Below are positions 22,403-39,064 of a stretch of DNA of 64,000 bases, piece after piece (position 1 is the first letter of the stretch; each line of letters opens with the position of its first letter). The position numbers were made by a program, and so were the translations under genes. Where the stretch lies: NCBI RefSeq assembly GCF_055900595.2, contig NZ_CM148325.1; one strand, written 5' to 3'. The notes beneath the pieces are model-generated. The model was not told the DNA's origin. It made no database searches and saw only the letters and a list, made by a program, of their open reading frames with translations.

Positions 22403-24976
22403 ATGCGTCTGGATCGTCTTACTAATAAATTCCAGCTTGCTCTTGCCGATGCCCAATCACTTGCACTCGGGCACGACAACCAATTCATCGAACCACTTCA
22501 TTTAATGAGCGCCCTGCTGAATCAGGAAGGGGGTTCGGTTAGTCCTTTATTAACATCCGCCGGCATCAATGCTGGTCAGTTGCGCACAGATATCAATCAG
22601 GCATTAAATCGTTTACCGCAGGTTGAAGGCACTGGCGGCGATGTCCAGCCCTCACAGGATCTGGTGCGCGTTCTTAATCTTTGCGACAAGCTGGCGCAAA
22701 AACGTGGTGATAACTTTATCTCGTCAGAACTGTTCGTTCTGGCGGCACTTGAGTCTCGCGGCACGCTGGCCGACATCCTGAAAGCAGCAGGGGCGACCAC
22801 CGCCAACATTACTCAAGCGATTGAACAAATGCGTGGAGGTGAAAGCGTGAACGATCAAGGAGCTGAAGACCAACGTCAGGCTTTGAAAAAATACACTATC
22901 GACCTCACCGAACGAGCCGAACAAGGCAAACTCGATCCGGTGATTGGCCGTGATGAAGAAATTCGCCGTACCATTCAGGTACTGCAACGTCGTACTAAAA
23001 ATAACCCGGTGCTGATTGGTGAACCAGGCGTTGGTAAAACAGCCATCGTTGAAGGTCTGGCTCAGCGTATTATCAATGGCGAAGTGCCGGAAGGGTTGAA
23101 AGGCCGCCGCGTACTGGCGCTGGATATGGGCGCGCTGGTGGCTGGGGCGAAATATCGCGGTGAGTTTGAAGAGCGTTTAAAAGGCGTGCTTAACGATCTT
23201 GCCAAACAGGAAGGCAACGTCATCCTGTTTATCGACGAATTACATACCATGGTCGGCGCGGGTAAAGCCGATGGCGCAATGGATGCCGGCAACATGCTGA
23301 AACCGGCGCTGGCGCGTGGTGAATTGCACTGCGTAGGTGCCACGACACTGGACGAATATCGCCAGTACATCGAAAAAGATGCTGCGCTGGAACGTCGTTT
23401 CCAGAAAGTGTTTGTTGCCGAGCCAACCGTGGAAGACACCATTGCTATTCTGCGTGGCCTGAAAGAACGTTACGAACTGCACCACCATGTGCAAATTACT
23501 GACCCGGCAATTGTTGCAGCTGCGACATTATCTCATCGCTACATTGCTGACCGTCAGCTGCCGGATAAAGCCATCGACCTGATCGATGAAGCAGCATCCA
23601 GCATTCGTATGCAGATTGACTCAAAACCAGAAGAACTCGACCGACTCGATCGTCGTATCATCCAGCTCAAACTGGAACAACAGGCGTTAATGAAAGAGTC
23701 TGATGAAGCCAGTAAAAAACGCCTGGATATGCTCAACGAAGAACTGAGCGACAAAGAACGTCAGTATTCCGAGTTAGAAGAAGAGTGGAAAGCTGAGAAA
23801 GCGTCGCTTTCTGGTACGCAGACCATTAAAGCGGAACTGGAACAGGCGAAAATCGCCATTGAACAGGCTCGCCGTGTGGGTGATCTGGCGCGGATGTCTG
23901 AACTGCAATATGGCAAAATTCCAGAACTGGAAAAGCAACTGGAAGCCGCAACGCAGCTCGAAGGCAAAACTATGCGTCTCTTGCGTAATAAAGTGACCGA
24001 CGCCGAAATTGCTGAAGTGCTGGCGCGTTGGACGGGGATTCCGGTTTCTCGCATGATGGAAAGCGAGCGCGAAAAACTGCTGCGTATGGAGCAAGAGCTG
24101 CACCATCGCGTTATTGGTCAGAACGAAGCGGTTGATGCGGTATCTAACGCTATTCGTCGTAGCCGTGCGGGGCTTGCTGACCCGAATCGCCCGATTGGTT
24201 CATTCCTGTTCCTCGGCCCAACGGGTGTGGGGAAAACTGAGCTTTGTAAGGCGCTGGCGAACTTTATGTTTGATAGCGACGAGGCGATGGTCCGTATCGA
24301 TATGTCCGAGTTTATGGAGAAACACTCGGTGTCTCGTCTGGTTGGTGCGCCTCCGGGATATGTCGGTTATGAAGAAGGTGGCTACCTGACCGAAGCGGTG
24401 CGTCGTCGTCCGTATTCCGTCATCCTGCTGGATGAAGTGGAAAAAGCGCATCCGGATGTCTTCAACATTCTGTTGCAGGTACTGGATGATGGGCGTCTGA
24501 CTGACGGGCAGGGGAGAACGGTCGACTTCCGTAATACGGTTGTCATTATGACCTCTAACCTCGGTTCCGATTTGATTCAGGAACGCTTCGGTGAACTGGA
24601 TTATGCGCACATGAAAGAGCTGGTACTCGGTGTGGTAAGCCATAACTTCCGTCCGGAATTCATTAACCGTATCGATGAAGTGGTGGTCTTCCATCCGCTG
24701 GGTGAACAGCACATTGCGTCGATTGCGCAGATTCAGTTGAAACGTCTGTACAAACGTCTGGAAGAACGTGGTTATGAAATCCACATTTCTGACGAGGCGC
24801 TGAAACTGCTGAGCGAGAACGGTTACGATCCGGTCTATGGTGCACGTCCTCTGAAACGTGCTATCCAGCAGCAGATCGAAAACCCGCTGGCACAGCAAAT
24901 ACTGTCTGGTGAATTGGTTCCGGGTAAAGTTATTCGCCTGGAAGTTAATGAAGACAGGATTGTCGCCGTCCAGTAA
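22403..24976 (+). CDS. clpB: Chaperone ClpB (Hsp100 disaggregase)
   Basis: [27 protein letters not shown]... 857 aa, two AAA+ modules; ORF-track 22391 start is 4 codons upstream. Confidence 0.96.
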   Translation: MRLDRLTNKFQLALADAQSLALGHDNQFIEPLHLMSALLNQEGGSVSPLLTSAGINAGQLRTDINQALNRLPQVEGTGGDVQPSQDLVRVLNLCDKLAQKRGDNFISSELFVLAALESRGTLADILKAAGATTANITQAIEQMRGGESVNDQGAEDQRQALKKYTIDLTERAEQGKLDPVIGRDEEIRRTIQVLQRRTKNNPVLIGEPGVGKTAIVEGLAQRIINGEVPEGLKGRRVLALDMGALVAGAKYRGEFEERLKGVLNDLAKQEGNVILFIDELHTMVGAGKADGAMDAGNMLKPALARGELHCVGATTLDEYRQYIEKDAALERRFQKVFVAEPTVEDTIAILRGLKERYELHHHVQITDPAIVAAATLSHRYIADRQLPDKAIDLIDEAASSIRMQIDSKPEELDRLDRRIIQLKLEQQALMKESDEASKKRLDMLNEELSDKERQYSELEEEWKAEKASLSGTQTIKAELEQAKIAIEQARRVGDLARMSELQYGKIPELEKQLEAATQLEGKTMRLLRNKVTDAEIAEVLARWTGIPVSRMMESEREKLLRMEQELHHRVIGQNEAVDAVSNAIRRSRAGLADPNRPIGSFLFLGPTGVGKTELCKALANFMFDSDEAMVRIDMSEFMEKHSVSRLVGAPPGYVGYEEGGYLTEAVRRRPYSVILLDEVEKAHPDVFNILLQVLDDGRLTDGQGRTVDFRNTVVIMTSNLGSDLIQERFGELDYAHMKELVLGVVSHNFRPEFINRIDEVVVFHPLGEQHIASIAQIQLKRLYKRLEERGYEIHISDEALKLLSENGYDPVYGARPLKRAIQQQIENPLAQQILSGELVPGKVIRLEVNEDRIVAVQ

Positions 24977-24981
24977 TGATA

Positions 24982-25008
24982 AAACGAGTCCTTCGGGGCT
25001 CGTTTTTG
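24982..25008 (+). terminator. clpB terminator
   Basis: aaacgagtccttcggggctcgttttt hairpin plus T-run. Confidence 0.7.
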
Positions 25009-25090
25009 TCTATAAATTAGACGGAAAAGACTATATTCAAGATGTTTTGCCTGAAAAATGAGCGAACGATAAAGTTTTTATATTTTTCGC

Positions 25091-25118
25091 TTGTCAGGCC
25101 GGAATAACTCCCTATAAT
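25091..25118 (+). promoter_or_regulatory. rRNA operon promoter P1
   Basis: ttgtca -N16- tataat followed by GC-rich discriminator gcgccacc; AT-rich UP-element-like sequence upstream. Confidence 0.8.
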
Positions 25119-25208
25119 GCGCCACCACTGACACGGAACAACGGCAAACACGCCGCCGGGTCAGCGAGATTCTCCTGAGAATCTCGACAGAGAAAAGCAA
25201 AAAAATGC

Positions 25209-25236
25209 TTGACTCTGAAGCGGGAAAGCGTATTAT
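25209..25236 (+). promoter_or_regulatory. rRNA operon promoter P2
   Basis: ttgact -N16- tattat followed by GC-rich discriminator. Confidence 0.8.
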
Positions 25237-25273
25237 GCACACCCCGCGCCGCTGAGAAAAAGCGAAGCGGCAC

Positions 25274-25286
25274 TGCTCTTTAACAA
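25274..25286 (+). promoter_or_regulatory. rrn leader boxA antitermination element
   Basis: tgctctttaacaa matches boxA consensus TGCTCTTTAACAA. Confidence 0.8.
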
Positions 25287-25417
25287 TTTATCAGACAATC
25301 TGTGTGGGCACTCGAAGATACGGATTCTTAACGTCGCAAGACGAAAAATGAATACCAAGTCTCAAGAGTGAACACGTAATTCATTACGAAGTTTAATTCT
25401 TTGAGCATCAAACTTTT

Positions 25418-26959
<1,542 letters not shown>

Positions 26960-27044
26960 CCTTAAAGAACTGTTCTTTGCAGTGCTCACACAGATTGTCT
27001 GATAGAAAGTGAAAAGCAAGGCGTCTTGCGAAGCAGACTGATAC

Positions 27045-27120
27045 GTCCCCTTCGTCTAGAGGCCCAGGACACCGCCCTTTCACGGCGGTAACAGGGGTTC
27101 GAATCCCCTAGGGGACGCCA
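27045..27120 (+). tRNA. gltW: tRNA-Glu (UUC) in the 16S-23S spacer
   Basis: GTCCCCTTCGTCTAGAGGCCCAGGACACCGCCCTTTCACGGCGGTAACAGGGGTTCGAATCCCCTAGGGGACGCCA. Confidence 0.97.
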
Positions 27121-27314
27121 CTTGCTGGTTTGTGAGTGAAAGTCGCCGACCTTAATATCGTTAAAGATGACTTACGAGTCATGTTTAAGATATTTGCTCT
27201 TTAAAAATCTGGATCAAGCTGAAAATTGAAACACTGAACAATGAAAGTTGTTCGTGAGTCTCTCAAATTTTCGCAACACGATGATGAATCGAAAGAAACA
27301 TCTTCGGGTTGTGA

Positions 27315-30219
<2,905 letters not shown>

Positions 30220-30312
30220 ACAACGCCGAAGATGTTTTGGCGGATTGAGAGAAGATTTTCAGCCTGATACAGATTAAATCAGAACGCAGAAGCGGTCTGA
30301 TGAAACAGAATT

Positions 30313-30432
30313 TGCCTGGCGGCCTTAGCGCGGTGGTCCCACCTGACCCCATGCCGAACTCAGAAGTGAAACGCCGTAGCGCCGATGGTAGTGTGGGGTC
30401 TCCCCATGCGAGAGTAGGGAACTGCCAGGCAT
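30313..30432 (+). rRNA. rrfG: 5S ribosomal RNA
   Basis: TGCCTGGCGGC...GGAACTGCCAGGCAT, 120 nt. Confidence 0.97.
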
Positions 30433-30446
30433 CAAATTAAGCAGAA

Positions 30447-30474
30447 GGCCCAGTCGGAAGACTGGGCCTTTTTG
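30447..30474 (+). terminator. rRNA operon terminator
   Basis: ggcccagtc ggaa gactgggcc hairpin followed by ttttt. Confidence 0.85.
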
Positions 30475-30492
30475 CATGGTGCAGAAAACCAT

Positions 30493-30528
30493 GCCGGATG
30501 CGACGCTGGTGCGTCTTATCCAGCCTAC
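30493..30528. repeat. REP (repetitive extragenic palindromic) element
   Basis: gccggatgcgacgctggtgcgtcttatccagcctac matches REP consensus GCCGGATGCGGCG...CTTATCCGGCCTAC. Confidence 0.75.
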
Positions 30529-30762
30529 GCTCCCACATAAGCTAGATTCAACAGCGAATACGGCTTCCCCAAATTGCCCACTTAAATACTTCCTCCTTAC
30601 CAGAAATCTATCCTTAAGCTCCTTAATAACCATTTTCCTGCTAACTAAATTCATGGTTAAGGTTGCATAATGATACGCAACAAATGTATAACATTTTCTT
30701 TACCAAAAAATAAACAACAGCGACCGACAAAAGCATCGGATTACGGCAGGAGACATAATGGC

Positions 30763-32061
30763 ATGGCTGAAAGTACTGTAACGGCAGACAGCAAACTGAC
30801 AAGTAGTGATACTCGTCGCCGCATTTGGGCAATTGTGGGGGCCTCTTCAGGTAATTTGGTCGAGTGGTTCGATTTCTATGTCTACTCGTTCTGTTCACTC
30901 TACTTCGCCCACATCTTCTTCCCTTCCGGAAACACGACGACTCAACTACTGCAAACAGCAGGTGTTTTTGCTGCGGGATTTCTGATGCGCCCAATAGGCG
31001 GTTGGCTATTTGGCCGCATAGCCGATAAACATGGTCGCAAAAAATCGATGCTATTATCGGTGTGTATGATGTGTTTCGGCTCACTGGTTATCGCCTGTTT
31101 GCCAGGCTACGAAACAATCGGTACCTGGGCTCCGGCATTATTGCTTCTCGCTCGTTTATTCCAGGGATTATCCGTTGGCGGAGAATATGGCACCAGCGCC
31201 ACCTATATGAGTGAAGTTGCCGTTGAAGGGCGCAAAGGTTTTTACGCATCATTTCAGTATGTGACGTTGATCGGCGGGCAACTGCTAGCTCTACTGGTTG
31301 TCGTGGTTTTACAACACACCATGGAAGACGCTGCACTCAGAGAGTGGGGATGGCGTATTCCTTTCGCGTTAGGAGCTGTGTTAGCTGTTGTGGCGTTGTG
31401 GTTACGTCGTCAGTTAGATGAAACTTCACAACAAGAAACACGCGCTTTAAAAGAAGCTGGATCTCTGAAAGGATTATGGCGCAATCGCCGTGCATTCATC
31501 ATGGTTCTCGGTTTTACCGCTGCGGGCTCCCTTTGTTTCTATACCTTCACCACTTATATGCAGAAGTATCTGGTAAATACTGCGGGAATGCATGCCAACG
31601 TGGCGAGTGGCATTATGACTGCCGCATTGTTTGTATTCATGCTTATTCAACCACTTATTGGCGCGCTGTCGGATAAGATTGGTCGTCGTACCTCAATGTT
31701 ATGTTTCGGTTCTTTGGCAACCATTTTTACCGTTCCTATTCTCTCAGCATTGCAGAACGTATCTTCGCCTTATGCCGCTTTTGGTCTAGTGATGTGCGCC
31801 CTGCTGATAGTGAGTTTTTATACTTCAATCAGTGGAATACTGAAGGCTGAAATGTTCCCGGCCCAGGTTCGCGCATTAGGTGTTGGTCTGTCGTATGCCG
31901 TCGCTAATGCGATATTTGGTGGCTCAGCAGAGTACGTAGCGTTGTCGCTGAAATCAATAGGAATGGAAACAGCCTTCTTCTGGTATGTGACCTTGATGGC
32001 CGTGGTGGCGTTTCTGGTTTCTTTGATGCTACATCGCAAAGGGAAGGGGATGCGCCTTTAA
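30763..32061 (+). CDS. kgtP: Alpha-ketoglutarate permease (MFS transporter)
   Basis: [28 protein letters not shown]... 432 aa; ORF-track 30670 start is an upstream extension. Confidence 0.93.
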   Translation: MAESTVTADSKLTSSDTRRRIWAIVGASSGNLVEWFDFYVYSFCSLYFAHIFFPSGNTTTQLLQTAGVFAAGFLMRPIGGWLFGRIADKHGRKKSMLLSVCMMCFGSLVIACLPGYETIGTWAPALLLLARLFQGLSVGGEYGTSATYMSEVAVEGRKGFYASFQYVTLIGGQLLALLVVVVLQHTMEDAALREWGWRIPFALGAVLAVVALWLRRQLDETSQQETRALKEAGSLKGLWRNRRAFIMVLGFTAAGSLCFYTFTTYMQKYLVNTAGMHANVASGIMTAALFVFMLIQPLIGALSDKIGRRTSMLCFGSLATIFTVPILSALQNVSSPYAAFGLVMCALLIVSFYTSISGILKAEMFPAQVRALGVGLSYAVANAIFGGSAEYVALSLKSIGMETAFFWYVTLMAVVAFLVSLMLHRKGKGMRL

Positions 32062-32381
32062 TTATGCGCCAACTGCCAGACGGTATAGCCAGTAGTTGCA
32101 CCGGCGACATCCCAGGTAAAATCTTTCCAGCTCCAGCCGCTCCCCTCGGGGCGGCTATCCCAAAGTTCTTTTGACGCGCCCAGCCCAACAGAGAACATTA
32201 GCCCGAAAGTGGCACTGCGATCGCGACTCATCCCCTGATGCTGTGAATATTCATTTCCGGCAGCGGAAAGCATCGCCGAGGCGATAAAGTGTTGAGCTTT
32301 ATCCTGCCCGCTCCAGCTATCGTTAGCCATATGGCTGCATCCAGAAAGTAACAATAGCGAACAGACAAAAAGAATACGCAA
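32058..32381 (-). CDS. yfiM: Lipoprotein YfiM
   Basis: [18 protein letters not shown]... 107 aa; 3' end overlaps kgtP stop by 4 nt (convergent). Confidence 0.88.
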   Translation of the reverse strand: MRILFVCSLLLLSGCSHMANDSWSGQDKAQHFIASAMLSAAGNEYSQHQGMSRDRSATFGLMFSVGLGASKELWDSRPEGSGWSWKDFTWDVAGATTGYTVWQLAHN

Positions 32382-32425
32382 AACGTGGCCTCCAAAAACA
32401 AACCCCGTACAGGACGGGGTTGTGA

Positions 32426-33781
32426 TTACAGGATGCGGCTAATTAATCGGTCGATGCGGATACGGCGCAAACGGCGAATGAGTTTACGAACCTTCACCGG
32501 ATAATCGGCAATACTTTGCAGATCGCGATAGTGCTTAACGATGGTGGTATGCTCGCGGATCAGCTCCAGTTCTTTCTCTCGCTGTGGCGCAAGCTCCAGT
32601 TGCGGATCGTGAATCAAAATGGCGTTTTCCAGATCCAGACGCCAGGCGCGTGGGTTCAGGTTATTGCCGGTGATCAGCATCCACTTATCATCAACCCACA
32701 TCCCTTTCAGGTGATAGGTGTTGTCGTCGTCTTTCCATAACCGAACCACTAACTGGTCAGTGTTGACGTAATACTGTAAACGGCTCAGGAAACGACGCAG
32801 ATTGATCTCATAGAGATAAGGCAATGCGCCAATTATCTTGAAAGGTTCATCTTCCGGAATGTAGAAGTCATTCGCGGTTTTATCACCAACAATAATTTCG
32901 ACCTTTTTCCCTTCGCGCAGCAACTGGATGATATTGCGCACAAGGATTGCTGGCAGGTTGAAGTATGGCGTACAGATGGTTAGTTTCTGCTCGGCACAAG
33001 GCATAAGGTGGAAAATGGTCTTGTTCAACAGACTCGATTTCCCCAGACCTACCAACGGCGTTACGGAAAGCTGATCGTTGTCAGCATCGCCCTGGAAATG
33101 ATAAGCGGCATCACGCAGCTCCTGGCGGAACAGACGAATATCGTTCTTGATTTCCGGGCTTTTTGGCCGATTAACATCATCCAGACGATTAACGCCGCGG
33201 CCATTCATAATATTCTGTGTAACCCATTCAAACATAATGTCTGACATCTTACGGTTACGGATCAGATGATAACGGTCGTAGCGATATTTATCGTGCTGAT
33301 GCAGGTAAACATCGTTCAGGCTGGCACCGCTATAAAGTACGCTATCGTCGATGATAAAGCCTTTAAAGTGCAGAACACCAAGGGCCTCACGGGTATTGAT
33401 TGGAACGCCATAAACTGGAACATCTACGCCCGGATTTTCCTGTGCCATGCGGCAGTACCAGTCAGCGTTAGTGTTAGATGCCGCAGCGCCAATGCGTCCA
33501 CGTTGTGCACGATGCCAGTCGACCAGCACCCGTACATCCAGTTCCGGACGCTGCCTTTTAGCCTCATACAACGCGTTCAGAATGCCTTTGCCACCGTCAT
33601 CCTGTTCGAGATACAGGGCGACAATGCAAATGCGCTGCTTCGCGCTGGCTATTTTTTCCAGCAGCGTCTCCCGGAAGTCGGCGGGAGCGTAAAAGAAATC
33701 GACATCATCAACTGATTGAGAAATCTTGGGTAGTTGGGCAAGGTGTTGTTGATGTTTATTACGCTTAAATTTTGACAACAT
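32426..33781 (-). CDS. pssA: CDP-diacylglycerol--serine O-phosphatidyltransferase (phosphatidylserine synthase)
   Basis: [19 protein letters not shown]... 451 aa, PLD-like. Confidence 0.94.
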   Translation of the reverse strand: MLSKFKRNKHQQHLAQLPKISQSVDDVDFFYAPADFRETLLEKIASAKQRICIVALYLEQDDGGKGILNALYEAKRQRPELDVRVLVDWHRAQRGRIGAAASNTNADWYCRMAQENPGVDVPVYGVPINTREALGVLHFKGFIIDDSVLYSGASLNDVYLHQHDKYRYDRYHLIRNRKMSDIMFEWVTQNIMNGRGVNRLDDVNRPKSPEIKNDIRLFRQELRDAAYHFQGDADNDQLSVTPLVGLGKSSLLNKTIFHLMPCAEQKLTICTPYFNLPAILVRNIIQLLREGKKVEIIVGDKTANDFYIPEDEPFKIIGALPYLYEINLRRFLSRLQYYVNTDQLVVRLWKDDDNTYHLKGMWVDDKWMLITGNNLNPRAWRLDLENAILIHDPQLELAPQREKELELIREHTTIVKHYRDLQSIADYPVKVRKLIRRLRRIRIDRLISRIL

Positions 33782-33894
33782 CACAGTGCATTTCTTCTCT
33801 GTTCATTGAAGGGTCCTCTGTGCAATGCAGACGACATAAGCGGGCAATAATAACACCAGTCCCGATTAAGTGGTCAACATTTCCAGTACCTTAC

Positions 33895-36555
33895 TCATGA
33901 TTCCTCGCGCTGGGCAAGATTTAGCGTAAGCCCAACGATCCCCTCTTCGAGCTGGATATCAACGTTAAACCCGAGCTTGCGGGCCAGCGCCACCATGCCA
34001 CGATTGTTTGGCATCGTAATACCATTCAGACGTTGCAGTCCGTGATCTCGCGTATAGGTAATCAACTTTTCCATTAAGCGTCGACCTAAGCCTAACCCTT
34101 TGAGATCCGAGCGAACCAGCACGGCAAATTCGGCATCGATGTTATCAGGATCGGAGATCGCACGCGTGACGCCGAGGATCTCTTCCGTTTGATCAATACG
34201 TCGTACCGCTACAAACGCCATTTCCCGATCGTAGTCGATCTGCGTCATGTTGGCTAAATCTTCATGGGTAAATTCGTTGATCTCGCTAAAGTAGCGGTAA
34301 TAAAGATCTTCTTTGGTGACTCGCGAAATGAATTGCTGAAGCTGTGGCTCATCTTCCGGCAAAATCGGGCGGAACAAGCAACGTTCGCCGTTTTTCAATT
34401 CTACCCATTCTTCCAGCTGATGAGGATAAGGGCGCACAGCCAGGCGACTCTCGTTATCGCCTTCAAACGGAGCGATATCCAGCGTGACATCAAGCGCGGT
34501 AAATTCATTGCCGGAAGCCAGCAAAGGATGAATATCCAGCCTCTGAATCTCCGGACAATCAACAATCAAGTTAGAAACCTGCACCAGTAACTGGCTTAAT
34601 CCCGCCACATCCAGCGGGCGTAGCGCACTACGCGCACGAATCTTTTTACTTTTGATCCCCTGAATGACCAGATAACGTGCCAGGTTCATGTTCAGCGGCG
34701 GTAGTGCGACGACGGCTTGATCTTCAGGACGCCACTCCACACCGCCTTCGCCCAGCATGATCAACGGTCCGAAAACCGGATCGTGCTCAACCACTACTCG
34801 CAACTCCTGAGCGCCAGCACGGTTAGCCATACTTTGTACCAGCAGGCCGTGGATACTCGCCTGCGGCCAGGCCATTTTTACGCGATCGAAAATAGCATTT
34901 GCGGCTTGCTGGACTTCATTGGCTGTACGCAAGTAGAGCATGACGCCCTGAACTTCTGATTTATGTGGAATATCCGGCGAGCGTAATTTTAGTGCCACCG
35001 GATAACCAATCTGTTCGGCAATATGCACAGCCTCGGTGCTGTCAGTGGCAATCCAGGTGGGGAGTGTGTTCATGCCGTACGCTTGCAGGATAGGCTGAAC
35101 TTCATGGGTATCGAGCGACGTTGCCCCTTCGACAATGGCCTGTTGCAACAGAAGATGCGCTTCTGCGGTATTAGAGGTCAGATTGCTGGGCAACGCCGGC
35201 GTTTCGCGTAGTTGCTTCTGATTACGCCGGTACTCCACCATATGCATAAAAGCGGTGATGGTTCCTTCCGGGGTGCGGTAGGTCGGCAGCCCGGCTTCGC
35301 TGAATAAACGTCGTGCCTCTTGCGAGGAGTGCTCGCCGCACCAGTTCGTCAGCAGAGAAACATACTTGCTGCGGGGATGATGCTTTACCGCTTCAATTAA
35401 TGCATGTGCGCTTTCTGTTGCGGGGGCAGCGGCGCTGGGCGAATGAATAACCATCAGCGCATCAAAATCCTGACTGTGGAGCAGAATATCCAGCGTTTTA
35501 ATATAATGCTCACTACTGGCGTCATCACGAAGATCGAGCGGGTTAGAGATTGCCACATGTTCTGGCAGTGCATCGCGCAATTTTTGGCAGGTTTCTTCAC
35601 TGAGCGTAGCCAGCTTGCCATTGCGTGACCATAAGGCATCCAGCGCCAGTGCGGCAGGTGCTGCACCGTTGCTGATAATCATCAGCCGCTCTCCACGTAG
35701 CGGGCGCATATGGCTAAGGGTTTCGACTGCCGAAAACAGCTCGTGGGTATCCTGTACTCGCAACAAACCGGCGCGCTGAATAGCTGCATCCCAAGCAGGA
35801 TCCATTCCTGCCGTGGTGTTCAGTAGTCGTTGCGCCGCCGGGCTACGTCCACTTTTAATCACCAGAATCGGTTTATTACGTGAGGCGCTACGTGCAGCCG
35901 AAACAAAACGTCGCGCATCACTTAATTGTTCGAGGTAGAGCAGGATTGCACTGGTTTTGCTGTCGCGCGCCAGATAATCGAGCAATTCATCAACGTCGAT
36001 ATCCAGGCTGTCGCCGAGAGCAATAAAGTAGGAAAAGCCCATTTCCCGCTGTTGTGCCCAGTCGAGGATGGTATTGGAGACGGCGGCAGACTGCGAAATA
36101 AACGCCAGTTTGCCGCGTTTAATCGGTACCGGCGAAAAGCTGGCATTCAGGCCTTGCCAGGGGGCCAGTAATCCCAGACTGTTTGGCCCCAGCAGACGCA
36201 TGTTATGGCGCAGGGCGCAGGCACGGAGATCTTCGTGCTGCGATGCCGGGGCGGAAAGAATAATGCAGGTTTTACAGCCTTTCTCGCCGAGCTCTTCCAG
36301 AAGAGTAAGATTGCGGCTGGCATTGGTACATAAAACCGCAAGATCGGGTGTAAAGGGCAGGCTGGCAATATCCGGCCAGGCCAACACACCCAACACCGCT
36401 TTCCAGGCAGGCGTCACCGGGAGTACCGGCCCGTTAAATCCCCCCGCCAGCAGGTTACGCATCATCAGATAACCTGCGCGATTGGGTTTCATCGATGCGC
36501 CAATTACCGCAATCGATTTTGGTCGCAGTAATGCTTCCAGTCCTCGCTGACTCAT
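33895..36555 (-). CDS. patZ: Protein lysine acetyltransferase PatZ/Pka (YfiQ), CoA-binding + ATP-grasp + GNAT
   Basis: 886-aa ORF with C-terminal GNAT domain. Confidence 0.92.
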   Translation of the reverse strand: MSQRGLEALLRPKSIAVIGASMKPNRAGYLMMRNLLAGGFNGPVLPVTPAWKAVLGVLAWPDIASLPFTPDLAVLCTNASRNLTLLEELGEKGCKTCIILSAPASQHEDLRACALRHNMRLLGPNSLGLLAPWQGLNASFSPVPIKRGKLAFISQSAAVSNTILDWAQQREMGFSYFIALGDSLDIDVDELLDYLARDSKTSAILLYLEQLSDARRFVSAARSASRNKPILVIKSGRSPAAQRLLNTTAGMDPAWDAAIQRAGLLRVQDTHELFSAVETLSHMRPLRGERLMIISNGAAPAALALDALWSRNGKLATLSEETCQKLRDALPEHVAISNPLDLRDDASSEHYIKTLDILLHSQDFDALMVIHSPSAAAPATESAHALIEAVKHHPRSKYVSLLTNWCGEHSSQEARRLFSEAGLPTYRTPEGTITAFMHMVEYRRNQKQLRETPALPSNLTSNTAEAHLLLQQAIVEGATSLDTHEVQPILQAYGMNTLPTWIATDSTEAVHIAEQIGYPVALKLRSPDIPHKSEVQGVMLYLRTANEVQQAANAIFDRVKMAWPQASIHGLLVQSMANRAGAQELRVVVEHDPVFGPLIMLGEGGVEWRPEDQAVVALPPLNMNLARYLVIQGIKSKKIRARSALRPLDVAGLSQLLVQVSNLIVDCPEIQRLDIHPLLASGNEFTALDVTLDIAPFEGDNESRLAVRPYPHQLEEWVELKNGERCLFRPILPEDEPQLQQFISRVTKEDLYYRYFSEINEFTHEDLANMTQIDYDREMAFVAVRRIDQTEEILGVTRAISDPDNIDAEFAVLVRSDLKGLGLGRRLMEKLITYTRDHGLQRLNGITMPNNRGMVALARKLGFNVDIQLEEGIVGLTLNLAQREES

Positions 36556-36586
36556 ATCGGTCTCCCGCAGAAGTGACCGAATGATT

Positions 36587-37285
36587 TTAAACGCTTTCTA
36601 ACTGTTCTGCTGTGATGCTACCCAGATGTTGCGTTTTTCCTGCCAGATAGCGTGTTTTAAAGCGGGTGAAATGCTCGCCTAGACCTGCCGCCGCTTCGGT
36701 ATCGCCGGCCATATCTAACAGTGCGATGGCAACTTCGGCAGTGCAGTATTGGCCTTCAGCCTGGGCTTCACGCAGGCGATAGGCAGATAGCCGGGAAAGA
36801 TCGACGGAAATGACGGGAAGATTATCCAGATAAGGACTTTTACGAAACATCTTGCGAGCTTCCGGCCAGGTACCATCGAGCATGATAAACAGCGGTGGCT
36901 TACCAGCAGGTGGTGTAAAAATCACTTCCCGTTGTTCATTAGCATATGAGGCAGGGAAGACCACCATCGGTTGATAATCCGGGTTTTGTACCAGAGCTAG
37001 CAAATCCTGCGAGGGTTCGGTACGGGACCATTGAAACGCGACGGTATTTGGCAAGATATCGGCAATCAGACGCCCGGTGTTACTGGGCTTCATTGGCTCG
37101 GTGTCGAACATCAGCAAACAAAAGCGACTTTTAGCTTCCGCTGGAGTAATTGTCGAACAGAGACATAATTTCTCTGGCAAAAGACAGCGTTGGCAGCGAC
37201 GAACGCGATTACCGCGGGCAAGAAAAGGACGTGTTGCGCGCGCAATACGCTCGGCGCGTAACTGGAGAACAACGTTTTCGGTCAT
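36587..37285 (-). CDS. yfiP: DTW-domain protein YfiP (tRNA-uridine aminocarboxypropyltransferase family)
   Basis: MTENVVLQLRAERIAR... 232 aa with DGTW motif (FIMLDGTWPEA); ORF track extends to 37351. Confidence 0.85.
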   Translation of the reverse strand: MTENVVLQLRAERIARATRPFLARGNRVRRCQRCLLPEKLCLCSTITPAEAKSRFCLLMFDTEPMKPSNTGRLIADILPNTVAFQWSRTEPSQDLLALVQNPDYQPMVVFPASYANEQREVIFTPPAGKPPLFIMLDGTWPEARKMFRKSPYLDNLPVISVDLSRLSAYRLREAQAEGQYCTAEVAIALLDMAGDTEAAAGLGEHFTRFKTRYLAGKTQHLGSITAEQLESV

Positions 37286-37353
37286 AAGAGAGCGTCGAAA
37301 AAACGCCATTGTCGCAGAGGAGAAAACGGGGCACAAGATGCACCCCGACAAGA

Positions 37354-37773
37354 TTAAAGCGATTCGTTCAGCCAGCTATCGAAAGGTGCTTTTGGTACTG
37401 CGCCATTAAGCATGTCGACAACCTGACCGTTTTTGAAAATCATGATTGTCGGAATGCTACGAATACCAAAGCGGCTGCTTAATTCACGTTCAGCTTCGGT
37501 ATTCACTTTCACAAAGCGCACTTTACCGCTACGCTCTTGCGCAACATCTTCAAAAATTGGTGCGAAATTACGGCAGGGGCCGCACCACGGCGCCCAGAAG
37601 TCGATCACCACAGGCAGATCATCTTTCAGCAATTTGTCGAGCATTTCACCGGTCGCATTAATCACCTCTCCGTCAAACAAGTCGTGACCGCAGCGTCCGC
37701 ATTTTGCCGCATCTTCGAGCCGATCGTCGGGAATGCGATTGATGGCCTGACAATGGGTACAAACGGTATTCAT
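37354..37773 (-). CDS. trxC: Thioredoxin 2 (N-terminal zinc-finger extension + WCGPC active site)
   Basis: [15 protein letters not shown]...CGRCGH...FWAPWCGPC, 139 aa. Confidence 0.95.
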   Translation of the reverse strand: MNTVCTHCQAINRIPDDRLEDAAKCGRCGHDLFDGEVINATGEMLDKLLKDDLPVVIDFWAPWCGPCRNFAPIFEDVAQERSGKVRFVKVNTEAERELSSRFGIRSIPTIMIFKNGQVVDMLNGAVPKAPFDSWLNESL

Positions 37774-37979
37774 AACTAACCTCGGGATGAGTAAGGAGAC
37801 TTATCGGCAACGACGCCGGTATGTTTCTAATATGTTACATATTATCGGGGACATTGTTCCAGACAACAATCTGTTTTATTCAATAGGTATGATAGTCGCA
37901 GGCTTTGGTACGAAATCATGGCGAACCGCGCGCACTTCGGGTAATCTGCGCGCTTCGCGCAGCGCTGGTGGAGAAAAGC

Positions 37980-39017
37980 ATGAACGATGAGATGAAAGGT
38001 AAAAGCGGCAAGGTCAAAGTGATGTATGTCCGCAGTGATGATGATTCTGATAAACGTACCCATAACCCGCGTACCGGGAAAGGGGGCGGGCGTCCAGGAA
38101 AATCTCGTGCCGACGGTGGCCGTCGCCCCGCCCGCGATGACAAACAAAGTCAGCCCCGTGACCGCAAGTGGGAAGAGTCTCCGTGGCGCACGGTTTCCCG
38201 CGCGCCGGGTGATGAGACGCCGGAAAAGGCCGATCACGGTGGCATCAGTGGTAAAAGTTTTATTGATCCGGAAGTTTTGCGTCGTCAGCGTGCGGAAGAA
38301 ACCCGCGTCTACGGCGAAAACGCCTGTCAGGCACTGTTCCAGAGCCGCCCCGAAGCGATTGTTCGCGCTTGGTTTATTCAGAGCGTAACGCCACGTTTTA
38401 AAGAAGCATTGCGCTGGATGGCGGCAAACCGCAAAGCGTATCATGTGGTGGATGAAGCGGAACTGACCAAAGCGTCAGGCACGGAACATCACGGCGGCGT
38501 TTGCTTCCTGATCAAAAAGCGTAACGGTACAACCGTGCAGCAGTGGGTAAGTCAGGCAGGTGCGCAGGATTGTGTACTGGCACTGGAAAACGAATCTAAC
38601 CCGCATAACCTGGGCGGCATGATGCGCAGTTGCGCACACTTCGGCGTGAAAGGCGTTGTGGTGCAGGATGCGGCGTTGCTGGAATCCGGTGCGGCTATCC
38701 GTACCGCAGAAGGCGGTGCAGAGCATGTCCAGCCGATTACTGGCGACAACATTGTTAACGTGCTGGATGACTTCCGTCAGGCGGGTTACACCGTAGTGAC
38801 CACTTCCAGCGAGCAGGGTAAACCGCTGTTCAAAACCAGTCTGCCAGAGAAAATGGTGCTAGTGCTGGGTCAGGAATATGAAGGGTTACCGGATGCCGCA
38901 CGCGATCCGAACGATTTGCGCGTGAAGATTGACGGAACTGGCAATGTTGCCGGGCTGAATATCTCTGTTGCAACCGGCGTTTTGCTTGGCGAATGGTGGC
39001 GTCAGAACAAAGCCTGA
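37980..39017 (+). CDS. yfiF: SpoU/TrmH-family RNA methyltransferase YfiF
   Basis: [26 protein letters not shown]... 345 aa, basic N-terminus then SpoU methylase fold; ORF track begins 25 codons upstream. Confidence 0.88.
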   Translation: MNDEMKGKSGKVKVMYVRSDDDSDKRTHNPRTGKGGGRPGKSRADGGRRPARDDKQSQPRDRKWEESPWRTVSRAPGDETPEKADHGGISGKSFIDPEVLRRQRAEETRVYGENACQALFQSRPEAIVRAWFIQSVTPRFKEALRWMAANRKAYHVVDEAELTKASGTEHHGGVCFLIKKRNGTTVQQWVSQAGAQDCVLALENESNPHNLGGMMRSCAHFGVKGVVVQDAALLESGAAIRTAEGGAEHVQPITGDNIVNVLDDFRQAGYTVVTTSSEQGKPLFKTSLPEKMVLVLGQEYEGLPDAARDPNDLRVKIDGTGNVAGLNISVATGVLLGEWWRQNKA

Positions 39018-39064
39018 TAAATCAGCCGGGTGGCAATTCTGCCATCCGGCGTTTTCCCTCAAAT

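Noticed and set aside
24200-24898. 232-aa minus-strand ORF (plus several 60-126-aa ORFs) inside clpB
   Set aside because: Antisense artefacts within clpB; low-complexity, no start context.
37842-38444. 200-aa minus-strand ORF opposite yfiF
   Set aside because: Antisense to the Arg/Gly-rich N-terminus of YfiF; low-complexity translation.
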